A stretch of 57,804 nt of DNA. Source: Paludibacter propionicigenes. GTDB taxonomy: Bacteria; Bacteroidota; Bacteroidia; Bacteroidales; JAFGXI01. Positions within the stretch are counted from its first letter, which is position 1. Every line of letters starts with the position of its first letter. Made by a program: the position numbers and the translations under genes. The stretch is taken from positions 1 to 57,804 of the forward strand of contig DYMG01000003.1 in NCBI GenBank assembly GCA_020721655.1, given 5' to 3'. The notes below the pieces were generated by a model, which saw nothing but the letters and a program-made list of their open reading frames with translations, was not told where the DNA came from and made no database searches. Positions 46,171 to 55,628 of the stretch are shown piece after piece.

Positions 46171-46881
46171 TTATTCTTGTTCCGATTTCCATTGATAATA
46201 AAAATCGAAGTAGCTTTTTGTTTCAATAATTACGCAACCACCTGTTAAATCGCCAATATTTGCAGGAATTCCACCAGAATATACAACCATACTTTTAATA
46301 GTATTTCCGCTAATTCCGTTTGAAATTTCCGACATTTTAACTCCATCAATATAAAACGACGACGAGTTTGGTCTAGAACCTCTAACAATTATTTGTTTTC
46401 TGTCGTTTGTTATTTTTATTTCTGATGATGTTGCCTCAATAATTGCCCCAATGTCTTTATTATTTGGTAATGTTTTTATTTTCTCAGGACTAAGTTTTAC
46501 GCCTTGTATATTTCCCGGATCAACTAATTTTTCGGCATAAATGGTAGCTGTTTCTATTATTATTGATTCTTGGTTAAGTTTTATTGATTCTAAAAATGTT
46601 GTTTTTCCTTGAGTAACAATAATTTGTGTTATTTTTTTTGTTCCGTAACCAATAAATGATATTTCAATATTATAAAATCCGGGCATTAAGCCTTTAAAAT
46701 GAAACCAACCATCAAAATTTGTGGTTTGTCCATCAATAATTTTATCAGTTTTTAGAGTTACGTTTGCTATTGGCACAGGATTTCCGTCGTAATCAATAAC
46801 TTTAGCTCTTATTCCACCATCTTGTGATTTAACAATAGTAATAAATACTAAAAACACAAGAATAAAAAGTTTTGTTTTCAT
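46171..46881 (-). CDS. CarboxypepD_reg + TonB-box + plug domain protein lacking a beta-barrel
   Basis: 236 aa with a signal peptide and a CarboxypepD_reg segment (IRAKVIDYDGNPVPIANVTLKT...GFYNIEISFIGY). It has a TonB-box-like ETATIYA, a plug core (IIVRGSRPNSSSFYIDGV) and an end-of-plug motif (TGGCVIIETK). The stop comes 18 codons later. Confidence 0.7.
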   Translation of the reverse strand: MKTKLFILVFLVFITIVKSQDGGIRAKVIDYDGNPVPIANVTLKTDKIIDGQTTNFDGWFHFKGLMPGFYNIEISFIGYGTKKITQIIVTQGKTTFLESIKLNQESIIIETATIYAEKLVDPGNIQGVKLSPEKIKTLPNNKDIGAIIEATSSEIKITNDRKQIIVRGSRPNSSSFYIDGVKMSEISNGISGNTIKSMVVYSGGIPANIGDLTGGCVIIETKSYFDFYYQWKSEQE

Positions 46882-46982
46882 ATTAGTAAATTTTAAAAGT
46901 TAGTATAAAAAATAGCATTAAATTTATTTTTCTATTTAGAGTAATAGTTTTGAATAATTCCATAAATTAATTTTCATTTTTT

Positions 46983-46990
46983 TAATTTTG
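46983..46990 (+). promoter_or_regulatory. -7 promoter box TAATTTTG for mtaB
   Basis: Perfect TAnnTTTG match 14 nt upstream of the ATG at 47005. A second box, TAGTTTTG, lies at 46945-46952. Confidence 0.4.
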
Positions 46991-47004
46991 TTCAAATTTT
47001 TGAA

Positions 47005-48303
47005 ATGAATAAATTAAAAAAAGTAGCTTTTCATACATTAGGTTGTAAACTTAATTTTTCTGAAACATCAACAATATCAAGGCTTTTTGAAGAAAATAAT
47101 TTTAAAAGAGTTGAATTTAACGAAATTGCCGATATTTATATTATAAATACATGTTCGGTTACAGCTCAAGCAGAAAGTAAATGCAGAAATGCTATTAATA
47201 AGGTTCATCGCTTGTCGCCAAATGCTTTTATTGCCGTAATTGGCTGCTATGCTCAGTTAAAACCTGAAGAAATTGTTAAAATTGAAGGGGTTGATATAGT
47301 TCTTGGAGCAAATGAAAAATTTAATTTGTTTTCTTATATCAATAATTTGGAAAAGAAAATAGTTCCAGAAATTCATTCTTGCGAAATTGATGAGGTAAGT
47401 AGTTTTTTATCGGCATTTTCGTCAAACGACCGTACTCGCTCTTTTTTAAAGGTTCAAGATGGTTGCGATTACGAATGTTCGTACTGCACTATACCTAAAG
47501 CCAGAGGGAAAAGTAGAAACGAAAGTATTGAAAAAACAATTAATATTGCAAAAAAAGCTGTTTTAAGTGGGGTTAAAGAAATTATTTTAGCTGGTGTAAA
47601 TATTGGGGATTTTGGAAAAAGTACAAACGAAAAATTTATTGATTTAATTCGCGAATTAGATAAAATTAATATTACACGAATTAGAATTTCATCTATTGAG
47701 CCAAATTTATTAACTGATGAAATTCTTGAATTTTGTAATAATTCTAAAGCTTTTTTGCCACATTTTCATATACCATTGCAGTCGGGTAGCAATTCTATAC
47801 TAAAATTAATGAAACGTAGGTACAACACAAATTTTTATAAAGAAAAAATAGATTTAATAAAATATATTAATAGACAAACGGCTATAGGTGTTGATGTTAT
47901 AGTTGGGTTTCCGGGTGAAACCGATGAGCTTTTTGAAGAAACATATAATTTTTTGAACGATTTAAATATATCGTATCTACACGTTTTTTCATATTCTGAA
48001 AGAAGTGGAACAAAATCGGTTGAAATAAAACCTAAAATACAAGCAAAAAAAATTCAGGAACGAAGTAAAAAACTACATATTTTATCTGATAAAAAGAAAC
48101 GATATTTTTATGAACAAAATTTAAATAAAATATACAACGTTCTTTTTGAGGAAAGTAGCACTTCTAAAATATATGGTTTTACTGAAAATTATATAAAAGT
48201 GGAGATGGATTTTGATGAAAAATTAATTAATAAAATAGTTCAAGTTCGATTGAAAAATATTAACGAAAGTGGGAATGTTGTTGTAGAAATAGTTAAAGAT
48301 TAA
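47005..48303 (+). CDS. mtaB: tRNA t6A37 methylthiotransferase (MtaB-type radical SAM MTTase)
   Basis: 432 aa. The UPF0004 N-terminal domain has VAFHTLGCKLNFSE and IINTCSVT. The radical SAM motif is CDYECSYC. Its length and the absence of a MiaB-style N-terminus favour MtaB. Confidence 0.85.
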   Translation: MNKLKKVAFHTLGCKLNFSETSTISRLFEENNFKRVEFNEIADIYIINTCSVTAQAESKCRNAINKVHRLSPNAFIAVIGCYAQLKPEEIVKIEGVDIVLGANEKFNLFSYINNLEKKIVPEIHSCEIDEVSSFLSAFSSNDRTRSFLKVQDGCDYECSYCTIPKARGKSRNESIEKTINIAKKAVLSGVKEIILAGVNIGDFGKSTNEKFIDLIRELDKINITRIRISSIEPNLLTDEILEFCNNSKAFLPHFHIPLQSGSNSILKLMKRRYNTNFYKEKIDLIKYINRQTAIGVDVIVGFPGETDELFEETYNFLNDLNISYLHVFSYSERSGTKSVEIKPKIQAKKIQERSKKLHILSDKKKRYFYEQNLNKIYNVLFEESSTSKIYGFTENYIKVEMDFDEKLINKIVQVRLKNINESGNVVVEIVKD

Positions 48304-48844
48304 TTAAATCTTCAGGTTTGTTAATGTTTAGAAAAAACTTCAAATAATCATCATTAAAATGTACATAGTTAGTTTTACAATTTGTAATAAAATTAGTTAG
48401 TTTGTAGTTTTTATTGGTTATTTGTTCTTCAATTTTTGTTGTACAATTTTTAGAATAAATAGCACAAGTTGGCTCAATTTTATTGTTAATTATTGGAATT
48501 GAAATGTCAAAATCTTTAGAATTATCAATTAAAGTATCAACTATAAATTTTGAGACAAAAGGTGTGTCAACTGAAAGAATAAAAATTTTTTCAGATTCAA
48601 CATTTTTTAATATTGAATAAATGCCTCCAATTGGACCAATGTTTTTGTGAATATCGGCAATAACCTTTATGTTTTCTAAATACTTTGCATTTGCACTAAT
48701 TATTACGTTTTTAAAAATTGATGATAGAAATTCGACTTGGTTTTGAATTAATGTTGTATTGTTAAATTTCACAAAAGCCTTGTCAGTTCCCATTCTTAAG
48801 CTTTTACCTCCGGCTAATATTACTGCTGTAATATTATTGTTCAT
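48293..48844 (-). CDS. MobA-like molybdenum cofactor guanylyltransferase / NTP-transferase domain protein
   Basis: 183 aa with AVILAGGKSLRMGTDKAF and GPIGGIYS, which are MobA-like motifs. Confidence 0.75.
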   Translation of the reverse strand: MNNNITAVILAGGKSLRMGTDKAFVKFNNTTLIQNQVEFLSSIFKNVIISANAKYLENIKVIADIHKNIGPIGGIYSILKNVESEKIFILSVDTPFVSKFIVDTLIDNSKDFDISIPIINNKIEPTCAIYSKNCTTKIEEQITNKNYKLTNFITNCKTNYVHFNDDYLKFFLNINKPEDLINL

Positions 48845-49679
48845 ATTCTGCTTTGTTTAATTTGTTCAATTCTACTTTTTTTGCAATAAATATACTTATT
48901 TCGTATAGCAATAATAGTGGAATTGAAACTAAAATTTGGCTAAAAACATCGGGAGGGGTTAATATGGCTGCAATTATAAAAATAACTATAATTGCGTGTT
49001 TTCTGTATTTCTTCATAAGTCTTGTGGTAACTAATCCAATTTTTGCGAGAAAATACATTAAAATTGGTAGTTCAAAAATTATCCCCGACGAAAGTGTAAT
49101 TGTTGTAAGAATTGATAAATAAGACGAAAACGTTATGTTATTTAATATTTCAGAACTTACTACGTATGTGCTTAAAAAATCTAACGAAAGTGGTACTATT
49201 AGAAAATATCCAAATAAAATGCCAAAGGTAAAAAGAAACGAAACTATAAAAAGAATGAAATTTACATGTCTAATTTCATTCTTTTTAAGAGCTGGTTTAA
49301 CAAACGACCAAATTTGATGAATAATATAAGGAAATGCCAGCATTATAGCAATTACCAGAGAAACAACTAAATGGGCTTTAAATTGTCCACCCAAATCTAT
49401 ATTAATAATTTGAAACCCTTTTGTATTTATGCAAAGATTAGCATTAACAAATTCGCCAAGTTTACAAAAAAGTTTATTTGTTATAAATTCCGACGATTTT
49501 GGACTTAATATTATCTTGTTGAAAATAAAATCTTTAAAGAAAAAAGCAGTAATGGCAAAAATTAAAATTAAAACGGCACTTCTAAAAAGTCGTTTTCTAA
49601 GTTCATCTAAATGCTCAAAAAAAGTCATTTTTTTTTCTGTATGACTTTTTTTATTTGAAGCATTTACTGTTTCTGGCAT
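48834..49679 (-). CDS. tatC: twin-arginine translocase subunit TatC
   Basis: 281 aa with MTFFEHLDELRKRL and six TM helices, including the PPDVFSQ motif. Confidence 0.93.
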   Translation of the reverse strand: MPETVNASNKKSHTEKKMTFFEHLDELRKRLFRSAVLILIFAITAFFFKDFIFNKIILSPKSSEFITNKLFCKLGEFVNANLCINTKGFQIINIDLGGQFKAHLVVSLVIAIMLAFPYIIHQIWSFVKPALKKNEIRHVNFILFIVSFLFTFGILFGYFLIVPLSLDFLSTYVVSSEILNNITFSSYLSILTTITLSSGIIFELPILMYFLAKIGLVTTRLMKKYRKHAIIVIFIIAAILTPPDVFSQILVSIPLLLLYEISIFIAKKVELNKLNKAEYEQ

Positions 49680-49710
49680 TAAGTTTTATATTGTTTTTAT
49701 ACTTGAAATA

Positions 49711-49905
49711 TTATTTTTCTTCTGGCTCAGATGGCTTTTCTTTATCATCGTTATTCATACCACTTTTAAATTCTTTTACGCCTTTTCCTAAGCCACGCAT
49801 TAATTCAGGAATTTTTTTTCCACCAAAAAGTAATAAAACAACAACCAATATTATAATAAGTTCTTGCCCACCTATCCAACCTAAAAGTACAGTGTTTGAA
49901 ATCAT
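49711..49905 (-). CDS. tatA: twin-arginine translocase subunit TatA/E
   Basis: 64 aa with a TM helix followed by [24 protein letters not shown]. Confidence 0.9.
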   Translation of the reverse strand: MISNTVLLGWIGGQELIIILVVVLLLFGGKKIPELMRGLGKGVKEFKSGMNNDDKEKPSEPEEK

Positions 49906-49929
49906 TTCTTTAGAATTTATTTATTTAAA

Positions 49930-49937
49930 CAAAATTA
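49930..49937 (-). promoter_or_regulatory. -7 promoter box (TAATTTTG on the minus strand) for tatA-tatC
   Basis: Plus-strand CAAAATTA, 24 nt upstream of the tatA ATG at 49905. Confidence 0.4.
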
Positions 49938-50035
49938 CTAATTTTTTTGTTAGCAAAAATAAAAAAGTATATTATTATCTTTTTATATTAATTAAATATT
50001 CCAATATTCTTTTAAGTCAACTCAATACAAATTGC

Positions 50036-50043
50036 TATATTTG
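50036..50043 (+). promoter_or_regulatory. -7 promoter box TATATTTG abutting the porin start codon
   Basis: Perfect TAnnTTTG match ending 5 nt before the GTG at 50049. Confidence 0.4.
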
Positions 50044-50048
50044 CAAAC

Positions 50049-51926
50049 GTGAAAAATACATCATTAAAATATTTTTTAATTTTATTATCGTTTTTGTCTT
50101 TAGAGCTTAAATCTCAAGATAGTTTGCGAGTTATAAATATTTGGAATACTGATGAATACCAAAAAAAACAAGAGTCGAGCTTAGACACATCTTTAGCATA
50201 TTTCGAAATTTATAGATTTGATTTTCGGAAATCGTTTTCTAACAATTATTTGGGGAATATTGGCTTGGCATCTCAATCGAACTTATATTTTTTAAGAAAT
50301 AGTTCTAATTTTTTATTTGCAAACGCTTCACTGTTGAATATGATTACACAAAATGATATAAAATATTTTAATACTAAACGCCATTTTACAAACCTTAGTT
50401 TTTATTCAAATTTATCGAAAAAAAACAACAATCAAGTTTTAGATATTATTCATACTCAAAATGTTAATAAAGATTTGAATTTTGGAATAATGTACAAAAT
50501 GATTAGCTCAACTGGTCAGTATAGCAGAGAAACATCATCAAACAATAGTTTTGCACTGTTTTCTTCTTATGATGGCAATAAATACAAATATTCGGGGAAT
50601 TTTATATATAACAATATAAAAAATGAAAATAATGGAGGGCTTAATTTTAGCTCTATTGATGCATATTTGATAAAAACAAATAGCAGTGCAATTCCAATTT
50701 GGTTGTCGCAGAGTAATTATGTTTTATCAAATAAAGAGCTTAATTTTACGCATAACTACAATTTTAATTTAAATACAGCAGATTCATTAGATTCTATTGC
50801 AAAAAATAATAAAACTAAAAAAATACAAATTTTGCATTCAATAAACTACAGTTACAACAGATTTAAATATTATAATACTGCAAATACGTTTTATTATAAA
50901 TTTCTGATAGACAGCAATATAACTTTCGACTCTACATTTACCAACTTACTAAATAATAAAATTTCGTTTAATTATGTTTTTGAAAAAGATTCGTTAACCA
51001 AAATATATAGTCTTTTTGGTGGTTACGAATTGGAAAATAATTATTATTACAACAACAAAAAATATTTTGCAAATAGCTTTTCAGGTGTTAAATATGCTTT
51101 TGAAAAGACAGATAATTTATCAATAAATTTAGATGTAAAATACTATTTATCAGGAAGAAAACAAAGCGATTTGTTAGTAAATATGTATTTAAGTAAACCT
51201 ATATTAAAAAGTTTTCTTTGGTTAAATTTAGAATTAAATCATAATCAAAAAACACCCAACTATTTTGAAGAACATTATTTTTCTAATAATGCAAGTTGGG
51301 ATACTACTTTTATAAATAAAATAGTTTCTACTTATGCCGATTTAAGCGTGTCGAACAAAAAACACAATTTTTATTTGGGTATAAACTATGGAATTTACGA
51401 TAATCTGGTTTATTTTAAAGATACATTAGAAAACGATGGAAAATTAAACATTTTGCCATTTCAAGAAACTAGTACAATTAATTATTTAGCAATATACTTA
51501 GAAAAAGATTTTAATTTAAAAAATTGGATAATAAACAACAAAATAGCTTATCAAAATAGTGGAAATAATGCAGTTATAAGCATTCCGCAGATAGCAATTT
51601 ATAATTCAACAACTTTTACTTTTAATTTAGTGAAAAATGTTTTGAGGGGAGGTATAGGGTATAATTTGTATTATTATTCACAGTTTAATGCCGAAAATTA
51701 TAATCCGTCAACAAATATGTTTTATAGCCAAACCTCACAAAATATTGGCAATTACCCTATGTTTGATGCTTTTTTTAAAATGAAATTGAAACGTGCACGC
51801 TTATTTTTTATGTTCGAGCACGTAAGTTTTGGATTGTTAGGTAATAGTAATTATTACGCAGGCGTAAATCAATTAATGAATCCCAGAATATTTAAATTTG
51901 GTGTTTCTTGGAGTTTTTACGATTAA
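50049..51926 (+). CDS. putative outer-membrane porin (Bacteroidota 'putative porin' beta-barrel family)
   Basis: 625 aa with a signal peptide (LKYFLILLSFLSLELKSQ). Composition is N/Y/S-rich with alternating hydrophobicity, and the C-terminus is aromatic (FKFGVSWSFYD). GTG is the only start codon in the open frame, which opens at 50016. Confidence 0.65.
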   Translation: MKNTSLKYFLILLSFLSLELKSQDSLRVINIWNTDEYQKKQESSLDTSLAYFEIYRFDFRKSFSNNYLGNIGLASQSNLYFLRNSSNFLFANASLLNMITQNDIKYFNTKRHFTNLSFYSNLSKKNNNQVLDIIHTQNVNKDLNFGIMYKMISSTGQYSRETSSNNSFALFSSYDGNKYKYSGNFIYNNIKNENNGGLNFSSIDAYLIKTNSSAIPIWLSQSNYVLSNKELNFTHNYNFNLNTADSLDSIAKNNKTKKIQILHSINYSYNRFKYYNTANTFYYKFLIDSNITFDSTFTNLLNNKISFNYVFEKDSLTKIYSLFGGYELENNYYYNNKKYFANSFSGVKYAFEKTDNLSINLDVKYYLSGRKQSDLLVNMYLSKPILKSFLWLNLELNHNQKTPNYFEEHYFSNNASWDTTFINKIVSTYADLSVSNKKHNFYLGINYGIYDNLVYFKDTLENDGKLNILPFQETSTINYLAIYLEKDFNLKNWIINNKIAYQNSGNNAVISIPQIAIYNSTTFTFNLVKNVLRGGIGYNLYYYSQFNAENYNPSTNMFYSQTSQNIGNYPMFDAFFKMKLKRARLFFMFEHVSFGLLGNSNYYAGVNQLMNPRIFKFGVSWSFYD

Positions 51927-53740
51927 TTATTCTGAAAATCGCCACGCAAAAGCCTATATTTTTCGCGAGCTTCGGCAACAAAATAACTACTTTTATTATT
52001 TGTAAGTATTTCTTTGTATAGCTCCATTGCTTTTTCTTTGTTTTTTTTGTTGTTTAGCTCTATTTCTGCCCAAAAATATAATGCATTGTCATTAAAAATG
52101 CCAAAAGAATATTTTTCGGTTATTTCTTTTAAATTTTCTATAGCTTTTTCAAAGTTTCCTTTTCTGTAATAAATTTCTGCTTTTTTATACAAAGCTGTTT
52201 CGTTTAAACTGCTTGATGGATAATTATTTGTAATGCTATCAAGAGTTAAAAGTGCTAAACTATCATTTTTAGAATAAGTTAAAAAATCGGCTCTGGCAAT
52301 TATTTTTAGTTGAGCACCTGTAGAATCGGCTTCTAAGCTATTGCTTATTACTAATGAAAGCTGAAATGCGTCGTTAGCAATTAGTTTAGAGGTGCTTGCT
52401 TTTAGTACATCAAGTTGAGCCTGAGACCATAAAAATTCGCCATCAAAATAAGCTAATTTTGCTTTTTTTAACTGTGCTTCATTTCCAATTGTGTTTCCTT
52501 TATTTTCTTGTTCAACTTGTGCATAAATTAGTGTTGCGTTCCACCATTCGTCTTTTAAAAGATAAATATCGCCTAAAACAAGTTTAGCCAAATCTTTTTG
52601 TTGCTTTTCTACGTTGTTAATAGTAAGTGCGTTTTCTATGTAATTAATTGCTGTATCGGGTTTTGTAAGATAAAAACCTTCAATTTTTGCCAAATTTATT
52701 AATGTTGTAAATGTCGATTTATTTTTGCCTAATTCTTTAATTGTTTCTTTTAAAATTGTTTCAAGTTTTTTAATTTCAATTTCACTCGGACTTGTTTCTG
52801 TAATTTTTGAGAATAAAATTTCAGATAATTTTGATTTTGCATAAGAATAATAAATCTTGTTTGGTCCTAAATTAATAATGTAATCGTAACAATTTATTGC
52901 AATATCATAATTTCCACTTAAATACGATAATTCTGCCAATTTTAATAATCGTTCACCTTCTTCTTTTTTCCTTTTATCTATAGCTTTTGTTTGTATAAAT
53001 GCACTTACAAAATCGTTTTTTTGAATTAAGAACCAAATTAATAATTCTTGATACATTTCGTTATTTGGATTTTCTTGAACTTTTTTCAATAATGATGTTC
53101 GTAATATTTCATTCAGTTTTTCGTCTTTTGATGAGTAAATTACTGATTCTAAACGGTTTTGAACACTCTCTAAATATTCCGGATTTTTATCAATTAACCA
53201 TAAGTACTCGTTAATCATATTTTCATAATTATTCAAATACAGATATATGTTAGCTAATTCAAAATTAAATGTGTAATCGTCTGTGGCAATTTTTCGACCG
53301 TTTAAATACGATTTTTCTGCCCAAGAATATAATCGCTTAGAAATAAATGTATTGGCTGTGCTAAAAACATCGTTTTTTGTAATTATTTTTTTTAATGCTG
53401 TTTCGTAATATTCAATCGATTTTTCTTCTTCGTTTTTCAGATTATATAAGTATCCTAATTCTATGTACATACTTATATTTTTCTTGTCGTTTTTTAATAT
53501 TTTTTTAATTTCTTGTTCTGCTTCAGCAAATTTTTTAAGTTCTACTAAACAATTTATATAATATGAAAAATAATAACTTGAATTTGTTTGCGAGTATAGT
53601 TCTTTAAATAATTCTGAGGCTTTTTGAAATTCTTTTTCTAGGTAATACTGATTTGCTAAAGCGTAATTATTGTTGTTGTTTTGACTGAAGGCGACAAAAA
53701 ACCAAAATAAAAGCAGTAAAGTGGAAATAAATTTGTTCAT
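51923..53740 (-). CDS. tetratricopeptide repeat protein (secreted)
   Basis: 605 aa with a signal peptide and multiple TPR-like units (for example YALANQYYLEKEFQKASELFKELY and ALYKKAEIYYRKGNFEKAIENLKEI). Confidence 0.75.
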   Translation of the reverse strand: MNKFISTLLLLFWFFVAFSQNNNNNYALANQYYLEKEFQKASELFKELYSQTNSSYYFSYYINCLVELKKFAEAEQEIKKILKNDKKNISMYIELGYLYNLKNEEEKSIEYYETALKKIITKNDVFSTANTFISKRLYSWAEKSYLNGRKIATDDYTFNFELANIYLYLNNYENMINEYLWLIDKNPEYLESVQNRLESVIYSSKDEKLNEILRTSLLKKVQENPNNEMYQELLIWFLIQKNDFVSAFIQTKAIDKRKKEEGERLLKLAELSYLSGNYDIAINCYDYIINLGPNKIYYSYAKSKLSEILFSKITETSPSEIEIKKLETILKETIKELGKNKSTFTTLINLAKIEGFYLTKPDTAINYIENALTINNVEKQQKDLAKLVLGDIYLLKDEWWNATLIYAQVEQENKGNTIGNEAQLKKAKLAYFDGEFLWSQAQLDVLKASTSKLIANDAFQLSLVISNSLEADSTGAQLKIIARADFLTYSKNDSLALLTLDSITNNYPSSSLNETALYKKAEIYYRKGNFEKAIENLKEITEKYSFGIFNDNALYFWAEIELNNKKNKEKAMELYKEILTNNKSSYFVAEAREKYRLLRGDFQNN

Positions 53741-54285
53741 TTACTTTGCTTTAAACTATCAATTATTTCAATAATATGTGGTTTGTAATTAGCATAATCA
53801 GATTTAAACTTAGTCCACGTATTGTGCTGATAATCTGATTTTTGAATTAAGATAATTGTGGCAAGTTCTTCATCTTTAAAGTATGTAGTGAATTGTTCTT
53901 TAGTTATCGATTTAGAAATTACATCTTCTTTTAAATCAGTTAATTGCTCTATAGAATAATCTAAATCCTCAGAAATTTTAATTTTATTAAAATCTTTTAA
54001 ATCTTTTCGCAAATTTGTAAAAAGAGTAAAATATTCTTTATGCTCTTTGTTTACAGGTATTTTATCTAAATATTTAACTAAAGTATCAATATATATTTTT
54101 ACAGAATCTGAAAGTAAATTTATGTCTTTAAAATTTATTTCTAATTGCTTTTTCTGGGCTTTTTCTAATAAGTTAGATAAGCTATCAATTTTAGAAATTT
54201 CATTTTTTGTTTCAATATTTTTACATGAAATCAATAAAATTATTGAAAAAACAAGTGTTGTAAATAAAAATATTGTATTCTTCAT
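53737..54285 (-). CDS. hypothetical lipoprotein
   Basis: 182 aa with a lipobox-like LLISC after the signal peptide. It overlaps the TPR gene by 4 nt and starts 2 nt after the serS stop. Confidence 0.6.
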   Translation of the reverse strand: MKNTIFLFTTLVFSIILLISCKNIETKNEISKIDSLSNLLEKAQKKQLEINFKDINLLSDSVKIYIDTLVKYLDKIPVNKEHKEYFTLFTNLRKDLKDFNKIKISEDLDYSIEQLTDLKEDVISKSITKEQFTTYFKDEELATIILIQKSDYQHNTWTKFKSDYANYKPHIIEIIDSLKQSK

Positions 54286-54287
54286 CT

Positions 54288-55562
54288 TTAATCTATTTTA
54301 TCAAAACTACAATATTTTGCAATAGCTTTTGGCAAAATAATTCCATCGTTAGTTTGATTATTTTCTAAAAGTGCAGCCATAATTCTAGGTAATGCTAAGG
54401 CACTTCCGTTTAATGTATGTGCGAGTTTTGTCTTTTTTTCGCCTTTTTCTTTGAATCGTAATTTTAGACGGTTTGCTTGGTACGATTCGAAATTAGATAT
54501 TGAACTAACTTCTAACCATTTATCTTGTGCCATAGAAAAAACTTCTAAATCGTATGTTAGTGCAGACGTAAAACTCATATCGCCACCGCAAAGACGAAGT
54601 TTTCTGTAAGGAAGTTCTAATTTGTTTAATAAACCTTCAACGTGTGCTACCATTGTTTCTAATGTTTGGTAAGATTTGTCGGGGTGTTCAATTGTAACTA
54701 TTTCTACTTTATCGAATTGATGAAGTCTGTTTAAGCCTCTTACATCTTTTCCGTAAGAACCAGCTTCTCGTCTAAAGCAAGGTGTGTATGCTGTAGTTTT
54801 AACAGGAAAGTCTTCAGCGTTCAATATTACATCTCTAAAAATATTTGTAACAGGAACTTCAGCGGTAGGGATTAAATACAATTTATCTTCTCCAACAAAG
54901 TACATTTGTCCTTCTTTATCAGGAAGTTGACCTGTGCCAAAACCTGAGGCTTCGTTTACAACTATTGGTGGATTAACTTCATTAAATCCAGCTTTTTCGG
55001 CTTCATCTAAAAAGAAGTTAATTAGTGCTCGTTGAAGTTTTGCACCTTTTCCTTTGTAAACAGGAAATCCGGCACCGGCAATTTTTACGCCTAATTCAAA
55101 GTCTATAATGTTATATTTTGAAGCCAATTCCCAGTGAGGAAGTTTTGTAGTATCGGCTTTTAGCTGTTTTTCAGACATAAACTCAATAATATTGTCTTCG
55201 GCAACTTTGCCTTTTGGTACAGAAATATGAGGTATATTTGGTATTTGAACCAATATTGATTGAATTTCTTCTTCTACCGAACTTAGTAAATCATCGAGAT
55301 GCTTGGCTGTTTCTTTAATTTTTATAGTACTTTCTTTAATTTCATTAGCTTCGTGTTGTTTGCCACTTTTGAAAAGTATTCCAATTTGCTCTGATAGTTT
55401 GTTCAATTCGGCTTTTTTTTCTTCGGCTTTAAGTATATAATCTTTTCTGGAATTATCTAAATCTATTATTTTGTTTATCAGATTGCTTGCGTCGAAGTTC
55501 TTAATTTTAAGTCGTTCAACTACTAAGTCTTTGTTTTCTCGTATTAAATTAATTGTTAGCAT
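54288..55562 (-). CDS. serS: serine--tRNA ligase
   Basis: 424 aa with an N-terminal coiled-coil arm and class II motifs (FRREAGS, GQLPDKEGQMY, TLNGSALALPRIMAALLEN). Confidence 0.97.
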   Translation of the reverse strand: MLTINLIRENKDLVVERLKIKNFDASNLINKIIDLDNSRKDYILKAEEKKAELNKLSEQIGILFKSGKQHEANEIKESTIKIKETAKHLDDLLSSVEEEIQSILVQIPNIPHISVPKGKVAEDNIIEFMSEKQLKADTTKLPHWELASKYNIIDFELGVKIAGAGFPVYKGKGAKLQRALINFFLDEAEKAGFNEVNPPIVVNEASGFGTGQLPDKEGQMYFVGEDKLYLIPTAEVPVTNIFRDVILNAEDFPVKTTAYTPCFRREAGSYGKDVRGLNRLHQFDKVEIVTIEHPDKSYQTLETMVAHVEGLLNKLELPYRKLRLCGGDMSFTSALTYDLEVFSMAQDKWLEVSSISNFESYQANRLKLRFKEKGEKKTKLAHTLNGSALALPRIMAALLENNQTNDGIILPKAIAKYCSFDKID

Positions 55563-55573
55563 AATTTTTCTTG

Positions 55574-55581
55574 CAAAAATA
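55574..55581 (-). promoter_or_regulatory. -7 promoter box (TATTTTTG on the minus strand) for serS
   Basis: Plus-strand CAAAAATA, 11 nt upstream of the serS ATG at 55562. Confidence 0.4.
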
Positions 55582-55628
55582 AAATTTATGAATTAATAAT
55601 ACTATTAGAATTAGATGAATTTATAAAC

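Noticed and set aside
49655-50110. 151-aa plus-strand ORF spanning tatA (antisense) and the tatA-porin intergenic region
   Set aside because: It overlaps the clearly genuine tatA and both mapped promoter boxes, and its composition is typical of antisense and AT-rich noise.
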